Source: a virus (lineage: Duplodnaviria; Caudoviricetes). Taken from it: a stretch of DNA of 29,992 nucleotides. The stretch is taken from positions 1 through 29,992 of the IMG/VR virus record IMGVR_UViG_3300028586_000062. One strand, 5' to 3'. Of this stretch, positions 24,772-29,992 are shown one piece after another; positions within the stretch are counted from its first letter, which is position 1; the number at the start of each line of letters is the position of its first letter. The translations under genes were made by a program, and so were the position numbers. Below the pieces are notes generated by a model that saw only the letters and a list, made by a program, of their open reading frames with translations, ran no database searches and had not been told where the DNA came from.

Positions 24772-25827
24772 TCAGGCCGTGGGCGCTGCCTCGGTGACGA
24801 TGTTTTCGACGATGGCGATCAGGCCGTAATCCTCGACAACATAGGCCTCGTTGACGCTCTCGAAGTTCTCGACAGCATCGATTCGGGGATTGTCGATGAT
24901 CGCGCGACGGCGGGTGCCGTCCTGATTGTAGATCGCGAGATTCTTGTAAGTGGTGATGACCATCTTGCCGGCCGGGAAGTTCGGCACGACCGCCGCCAGC
25001 TTGCCGCCGACCTTGTCCTGCAGGAGCAGGACGTCGCGCGCGAGCTGCTCGGTCGCCTTGTCGCCGGCCGTATTGATCAGCGCGAACTTCTTCTCGTTGA
25101 CCAGTTCGCCACTGACCATAACGACCAGGTCGGTGCGGCTGCGATGCTGCTCGTCGAGCAACTGGATCGCGTCGAAGGCGAGCGCGTCGAGATTGACGAA
25201 ATCGGCGGTGCCGGTCGTCGACACGTAGATGGCCGGCACGTGATCGGCCTTCGCCTTGTCGCCCGAATGATCGCCATCGCTGATGATGCGCGCAGGCGCG
25301 TCGTCGCGCGTGTTCTGGATCCAGCCCTTGTTGACGTCCTGCAGCAGCGGGAAGTTAACGCGGTTCGTCTTCTTGGCGACGTGCGTACCGTGCCAGCCGA
25401 TCAGCATACGGTCGAGACCCTGCCGCGCGACGATCGCGTCGCGCAGGATGGTCTGGAATTCCGGCTTGTGCGCCCACGCGTCGAGCTTCGAATATTTGAT
25501 CTTGGTGTCGAAGTTGGTCTGTTCGCAGCGATACGTCGTCGACGTCAGGCCCGTGGGATCGATGCCCTTGCGCTCGTCGCCCGCGTCCGTGTCGGTACGT
25601 CCGGCGATCGTGCTGGTGATGCCGATGCCGACCTTTTCGCCTTCCTGCTGGAAAACGGTCTCGAACGAGATCTGCGAAAGGAACTGGCTCGACTGCTGGG
25701 TCTTTTCCTCGAGCTTCTGCGCGACCGTTGGGTCGACGGTGAATTTTTCGGTCGAGGCGGGTACCCCCGACAGCAGCGCGATCTGGCTGGTGTAGGCGTT
25801 GAGGGCGATTCGGGTTGCAGGACGCAT
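24772..25827 (-). CDS. N: Major capsid protein N
   Basis: KFTVDPTVAQKLE...TIAGRTDT...YRCEQTNFDT...LDAWA...LDRMLIGWHG...PLLQDVNKGW...SVNEAYVVEDY. Confidence 0.97.
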   Translation of the reverse strand: MRPATRIALNAYTSQIALLSGVPASTEKFTVDPTVAQKLEEKTQQSSQFLSQISFETVFQQEGEKVGIGITSTIAGRTDTDAGDERKGIDPTGLTSTTYRCEQTNFDTKIKYSKLDAWAHKPEFQTILRDAIVARQGLDRMLIGWHGTHVAKKTNRVNFPLLQDVNKGWIQNTRDDAPARIISDGDHSGDKAKADHVPAIYVSTTGTADFVNLDALAFDAIQLLDEQHRSRTDLVVMVSGELVNEKKFALINTAGDKATEQLARDVLLLQDKVGGKLAAVVPNFPAGKMVITTYKNLAIYNQDGTRRRAIIDNPRIDAVENFESVNEAYVVEDYGLIAIVENIVTEAAPTA

Positions 25828-25874
25828 TTGGGTGGCTCCGGTCTATCGTGCGGGAAAAGTGGGGTGGCTGCGGA

Positions 25875-26744
25875 TCAGCAGTCGGTGACGACGCTCGTGC
25901 CACCGCCCGCCGCGAGTGCCCGGTGGTAGGTCTGCGGTGCTTCGGTCCCGCCGAGCTTGACGGTGAGTGCGGCGAGGTCGGCGCCGAGCTGCGTGACCTT
26001 GGCGTCGTTCGCCGTTGCGTAGACGCCGATCGCGGCGCTCACCGTTTCGCCCAGGCCGGTAATCAGCGCGGCGAAATTGTTGTCGTTCGCCGCGTCGGGC
26101 GTGGCCGGAACGACCGGGGGCACGACGGGCGGGGTGGCCGTATCCGGGGTCTTGCCGATCTTGGCGGTGAACGTGTCGAACATCGCCTTCATCGCCGCGA
26201 ATACGCCGTGCTGGTCAGCCGTCTCACCGGTTTCGAACGCGAACTGGTTTTCCTCGGCCGCGGAGAAGAAGTTGGCGGGGTCGGTCTTTCGGCCATCCCA
26301 CATCGGCTTCAGCGCCGAGAAGCTCAGCGCCTCGGTACCGAGCGACGCCGGGTTATCCGTGACGGCGAGCCCGACCAGGCCGAACTTGCCGGTCTTGGCG
26401 AAATCTGCGGTGAATTCGCAGGAGGTGAAGATCTTCTGGTCGGCTTTGACCGTCTTCACGAGCTGGTCGTTGGCGTCGAGCTGCGCGTACAGCGCGCGCT
26501 TCTTCTGTGGCTTGCCGTCGATCGTGATATCGAAGTCTTCAGCCTTCAATGCGAGGACCGAGCCATAGGCGTTGAACGGGGCTTCCGGGCTGAAACCGCG
26601 GATATGCTCGCAGTTGATCCGCGCCGTGTACGTCACCGCGTTATAGGCTGCGGCCGACTGGTCGATCATGTCGGCGGAGATGACGCGACCGTCGGTTGCG
26701 GTCGCGCCTTCGACGGCGATGCGGAAAAAGCGGGTCTTTGCCAT
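25875..26744 (-). CDS. O: Capsid scaffold/protease O
   Basis: FFRIAVEGATATDGRVI...YTARINCEH...LVGLAVTDNPASLGTE...VTDC. Confidence 0.96.
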   Translation of the reverse strand: MAKTRFFRIAVEGATATDGRVISADMIDQSAAAYNAVTYTARINCEHIRGFSPEAPFNAYGSVLALKAEDFDITIDGKPQKKRALYAQLDANDQLVKTVKADQKIFTSCEFTADFAKTGKFGLVGLAVTDNPASLGTEALSFSALKPMWDGRKTDPANFFSAAEENQFAFETGETADQHGVFAAMKAMFDTFTAKIGKTPDTATPPVVPPVVPATPDAANDNNFAALITGLGETVSAAIGVYATANDAKVTQLGADLAALTVKLGGTEAPQTYHRALAAGGGTSVVTDC

Positions 26745-26835
26745 GTCGTCTCGGTCCTCGGGGCTCGGTCTCGTGGGCGTCGCCGATTGGGCGCTGCGGA
26801 AGACCGTAAAGGGACCGAAGAGCGGGCACTTCTCA

Positions 26836-26878
26836 AGCGCCGGGTCTTGTAGAGAGCCTCTCTACAAGACCCGGCGCT
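26836..26878. promoter_or_regulatory. Late-promoter palindrome between divergent O and P (putative Ogr site)
   Basis: AGCGCCGGGTCTTGTAGAGAG-C-CTCTCTACAAGACCCGGCGCT, perfect 21+1+21. Candidate -10 boxes TAGGTT (26902-26907, plus) and TACGGT (26808-26803, minus). Confidence 0.82.
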
Positions 26879-26938
26879 CCCCCCGCTGGCATCGTCACGG
26901 CTAGGTTTGTGCACCCAACCGCACCCGAAGGCGCTGCC

Positions 26939-28744
26939 GTGACACTCTTGCTCAACCCTATGCTGGTACCGCCCGACGATCGCCGAGACTCCGCGCGCAG
27001 CCTGTATTGGCGGGGCTGGGGTCTCCGCCAGATCGCCGACGAGCTGCAGCTAAGCAGGGACACCGTGAAGAGCTGGAAGGCGCGCGGGAAGTGGGACGAT
27101 GCGCCGTCGATCCGCAAGCTGGAGGATTGCCTCGAGGCGCGGTGGATGATGCTGATCGCCAAGGACAAGAAAACCGGCGAGGATTACAAGGAAATCGATC
27201 TGCTCGGCCGGCAGGTCGCGACGCTGGCGAAAGTCCGGCGTTACGAAGAGCCGGGCGGTCACAGTGGCGATCTGAACGAGCGCGTCGGCAACCGGAATGC
27301 AGGGCCGCGCAAACAGGCCAAGAAGAACTACTTCACCAACGACCAGGTCGACCAGCTCCGCGATATCTTCGAGGAAAAGCTGTTCGGCTATCAGAAGACG
27401 TGGTGGGCTAACCTCAACCGCCGCACGCGGATGATCCTGAAATCGCGCCAGATCGGTGCGACCTATTATTTCGCGTTCGAGGCCTTGCTCGACGCGATCG
27501 AGAGCGGCCGAAACCAGATATTCCTGTCGGCGTCGAAGGCGCAGGCGCATCAGTTCCGCAATTACATCATCGGCTTTGCCAAGCTGGTCGGCGTCGACCT
27601 TGCCGGTGACCCGATGCTGATTACCAGCGAGGCGCGGCCCGAGGGCGAGGCCGCGGCCGAGCTGCACTTCCTCGGCACGAACTTTCGCACCGCGCAGGGC
27701 CGGTCGGGCAATTTCTATTTCGATGAATTCTTCTGGGTCCACGGGTTCGAGGAGCTGAACAAGGTCGCCTCGGGCATGGCGACGCATTCGCACTGGCGGA
27801 AGACATATTTCTCAACGCCATCGACCGTCGCGCACCCGGCGCATCCCTATTGGACCGGCGAGCGGCGCAACCGGCGTAAGAAGAAGGAAGACCGGGTAGA
27901 ATTCGACACGACGCATGCCGCGCTAAAGGAGGGCGTGCTTTGCCCGGATGATGTCTGGCGCCAGATCGTCACGGTGCACGACGCGATCGATAGCGGTTTC
28001 AACCTGGTCAACATCAACGAGCTGACCGACGAATATGCGGAAGACGAGTTCGCGAACCTGTTCGGCTGCGAATTCGTCGACGACAGCCTCTCCGCGTTCA
28101 AGTTCAACGACCTGATCCGCTGCGGCGTCGACGCGATGGTCGACTGGTCTGACTATGACGGCGAGGCCGCGCGGCCCTACGGCGAGCGCCCGGTGTGGGC
28201 GGGGTATGATCCGCAGAACAGCGAGAACGGCGACAATGCGGCGCTCGTGATCGCCGCGCCGCCCGTCGCACAGGGCGGGCCGTTTCGCCTGCTCGAAAAG
28301 CACTCTTTGCGCGGGCTGGATTTCGAGCAGCAGGCCGAATTCATCAAGGCCGTCCTCGCGCGCTACAATTGCACGTTTCTCGGGATCGATGCGACTGGCG
28401 TGGGTGCGGGCGTCTATCAGTTGCTCGCCAAGACCGACAGCGGCGTGCGCGGCGTAACCAAGATCGAATATTCGCTCGAGCTGAAGGCCGCGATGGTCAT
28501 GAAGGCGCAGAACGTGATCCGTCGCGGGCGCATCGCCTTCGATCAAGGCTGGCTGGACGTCGTCTCGTCTTTCATCTCGATCAAGAAGACGATCACGACG
28601 TCGGGACGCAACGTGACGTTCAAGGCGGGCCGGGGCGGAGAAGACGGCCACGCCGATCTCGCCTGGTCGGTCATGCACATCCTCAACAACGAACCGCTCG
28701 ACGGAAAAGAGAAGCAGAAGACCACCATGGAGATCTTCGAATGA
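26939..28744 (+). CDS. P: Terminase ATPase (large) subunit P
   Basis: ARSLYWRGW HTH, ILKSRQIGAT (Walker A), YFDEFFW (Walker B), FSTPS, GYDP, HADLAW. GTG 26939 follows GAAGG; 26909 is an alternative start. Confidence 0.96.
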   Translation: MTLLLNPMLVPPDDRRDSARSLYWRGWGLRQIADELQLSRDTVKSWKARGKWDDAPSIRKLEDCLEARWMMLIAKDKKTGEDYKEIDLLGRQVATLAKVRRYEEPGGHSGDLNERVGNRNAGPRKQAKKNYFTNDQVDQLRDIFEEKLFGYQKTWWANLNRRTRMILKSRQIGATYYFAFEALLDAIESGRNQIFLSASKAQAHQFRNYIIGFAKLVGVDLAGDPMLITSEARPEGEAAAELHFLGTNFRTAQGRSGNFYFDEFFWVHGFEELNKVASGMATHSHWRKTYFSTPSTVAHPAHPYWTGERRNRRKKKEDRVEFDTTHAALKEGVLCPDDVWRQIVTVHDAIDSGFNLVNINELTDEYAEDEFANLFGCEFVDDSLSAFKFNDLIRCGVDAMVDWSDYDGEAARPYGERPVWAGYDPQNSENGDNAALVIAAPPVAQGGPFRLLEKHSLRGLDFEQQAEFIKAVLARYNCTFLGIDATGVGAGVYQLLAKTDSGVRGVTKIEYSLELKAAMVMKAQNVIRRGRIAFDQGWLDVVSSFISIKKTITTSGRNVTFKAGRGGEDGHADLAWSVMHILNNEPLDGKEKQKTTMEIFE

Positions 28745-29802
28745 GCAAGTCCAGTGCCCGCCGCGCCGTGCGCCGCATGTCGCGTGCCGAGACCGCAGAG
28801 GCGTCGACCGGCGCGATCGCCGTCGCCAACGACCGCCAGGGCGTGGAGAGCTTTGCGTTCGGGGATCCCGAACCGGTGCTGGAGCGCCGGCAGATCATGG
28901 ATATGTGCGAGTGCTACCATAACAGCCGGTGGTACGAGCCGCCGATCGCGCTGGACGGCCTGGCGCGCGCTGAGCGCGCATCGCCACACCACAGCTCGGC
29001 AATGAACTTGAAGCGCAATCTTCTGGTGTCGTCGCTCGATCCCACCGCGCTCTTGAGCCGCGCGACGTTCGGAAAGTTGGTCAAGGATTACCTGATCTTC
29101 GGCAACGCCTATGTCGAAGTGCGTGAGAACCTTCTCGGCGATCCGCTGCGCCTCGACCATTCCATGGCGAAGTTCACGCGGCGCGGGTTGCTGTCAAAAC
29201 AATATTGGTGGGTGCCGGGGCTTCGCGACGCCGTCGAGTTGCCGACCGACAGCGTGATCCAGATCCTGCAACCCGACGTGAACCAGGAGCTGTACGGCGT
29301 TCCCGAATATCTCAGCGCGCTACAGTCGGCGTTGCTGAATGAAGCGGCGACGCTGTTTCGCCGTCGCTATTATCTGAACGGCTCGCACATGGGGTACATC
29401 CTCTATGCGACCGGTGAGATCGACGTGAACGACACCAACAGCCTGAAAGCCGCGCTGAAATCGTCAAAGGGGCCGGGCAACTTCCGTAATCTGTTCGTCC
29501 ATGCGCCGAACGGCAAGGAGGGTAGCATCAAGATAATCCCGGTCGGGGAAGCCGGCGCAAAGGACGAGTTCCTCGGGATCAAGACCGCGACCGCCGCGGA
29601 CGTGATGGCGGCGCACCGCGTGCCGCCACAGCTCCTCGGGATCGTGCCGGCGCAGGGCTCGGCGTTCGGCAACCCGACGGATGCGACCGCGATGTTCTAC
29701 GAGCTGGAGATCCGGCCTATCCAGACCGCGTTCCTCGAGATCAACGACGTCCTCGGCATCGAGGCCGTGCGATACCTCGAACGCGGATCTGCCGCAGCGT
29801 AA
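28741..29802 (+). CDS. Q: Portal protein Q (PBSX family)
   Basis: FAFGDPEPV...WYEPPI...QELYGVPEYLSALQSALLNEAATLFRRRYYLNGSHMGYI...KGPGNFRNLF...AHRVPPQL; ATGA overlap with P. Confidence 0.96.
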   Translation: MSKSSARRAVRRMSRAETAEASTGAIAVANDRQGVESFAFGDPEPVLERRQIMDMCECYHNSRWYEPPIALDGLARAERASPHHSSAMNLKRNLLVSSLDPTALLSRATFGKLVKDYLIFGNAYVEVRENLLGDPLRLDHSMAKFTRRGLLSKQYWWVPGLRDAVELPTDSVIQILQPDVNQELYGVPEYLSALQSALLNEAATLFRRRYYLNGSHMGYILYATGEIDVNDTNSLKAALKSSKGPGNFRNLFVHAPNGKEGSIKIIPVGEAGAKDEFLGIKTATAADVMAAHRVPPQLLGIVPAQGSAFGNPTDATAMFYELEIRPIQTAFLEINDVLGIEAVRYLERGSAAA

Positions 29803-29901
29803 TCGAACGTCCGGCATAGCCGGGCGGGGGGTGCCGGGGCGCTGCCCCGGCAGGAGCGCCACTGAGCGCACGTGGCAGGCGGGCGGGGTCGATCGTGTCG
29901 A

Positions 29902-29983
29902 CCCCCCCCCCCCCCCCCCCCAATGCCCCCGCCCCCCCCCCCCCCCCCCCCAGCCCCCCCCCCCGCGCCCCCCCCCACCCCCC
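29902..29983. repeat. Poly-C low-complexity tract, probably a sequencing/assembly artefact at a contig end
   Basis: Long C runs with sporadic interruptions at the extreme end of the window. Confidence 0.7.
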
Positions 29984-29992
29984 ATTAAACCC

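Larger units (their letters stand above)
1..29802. mobile_element. P2-like prophage (partial; integrase, att and cos not in window)
   Basis: Full set of P2-type morphogenesis genes (Q,P,O,N,M,L,X,R,S,J,I,H,V,W,FI,FII,E,T,U,D) plus ogr, cI/cro, lysis and replication genes in operon arrangement. Confidence 0.97.

Noticed and set aside
11504-26878. Palindromic repeats as a CRISPR array, REP elements or MITE ends
   Set aside because: Only three dispersed copies, each at a fixed distance from late genes; no spacers, cas genes or transposase.
4385-29672. Many long antisense or alternate-frame ORFs (e.g. 7248-8363, 9079-10071, 10718-11818, 12393-13340, 24661-25929, 25815-26852)
   Set aside because: Expected in GC-rich DNA; they overlap well-supported genes and show no motifs.
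29464-29992. Gly-rich ORFs on the minus strand and a possible G-quadruplex or cos region
   Set aside because: They arise from the terminal poly-C tract, most likely a read or assembly artefact. No P2-type cos sequence is recognisable, and the hairpins at 29811-29852 are too near the degraded end to trust.

Overview
Nearly the whole window is one GC-rich P2-like (Peduovirus-type, contractile-tailed) prophage. It is cut inside the replication gene on the left and dissolves into a poly-C tract just after the portal gene on the right. The host is probably an alphaproteobacterium, possibly Sphingomonadaceae; this is inferred from composition and protein style only. Left to right: a Zn-finger/TOPRIM primase-type replication gene (missed by the ORF track), ogr, a CII-like gene, a divergent cro/cI (HTH + S24) switch with 434-type operators, and a low-GC membrane-anchored transglutaminase-like moron. 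Then, on the minus strand, D-U-T-E'/E-FII-FI-W-V, a small ORF, a beta-helix tailspike, H-I-J, a low-GC HEPN-like moron, S-R, two signal-peptide genes (an SGNH esterase and a partner) directly behind holin-endolysin-spanins, X-L, a small membrane ORF and M-N-O. P and Q are on the plus strand. Three near-identical perfect palindromes (29-43 bp) mark the late promoters. The strongest novelty candidate is the exported SGNH esterase plus partner coupled to the lysis cassette. Next are the two morons, the palindrome-bounded receptor-binding cassette with a second tailspike, and ssrA-tag-like ANDN/ANDD motifs in Ogr and the scaffold. All product calls come from motif recognition by eye; no searches were run.
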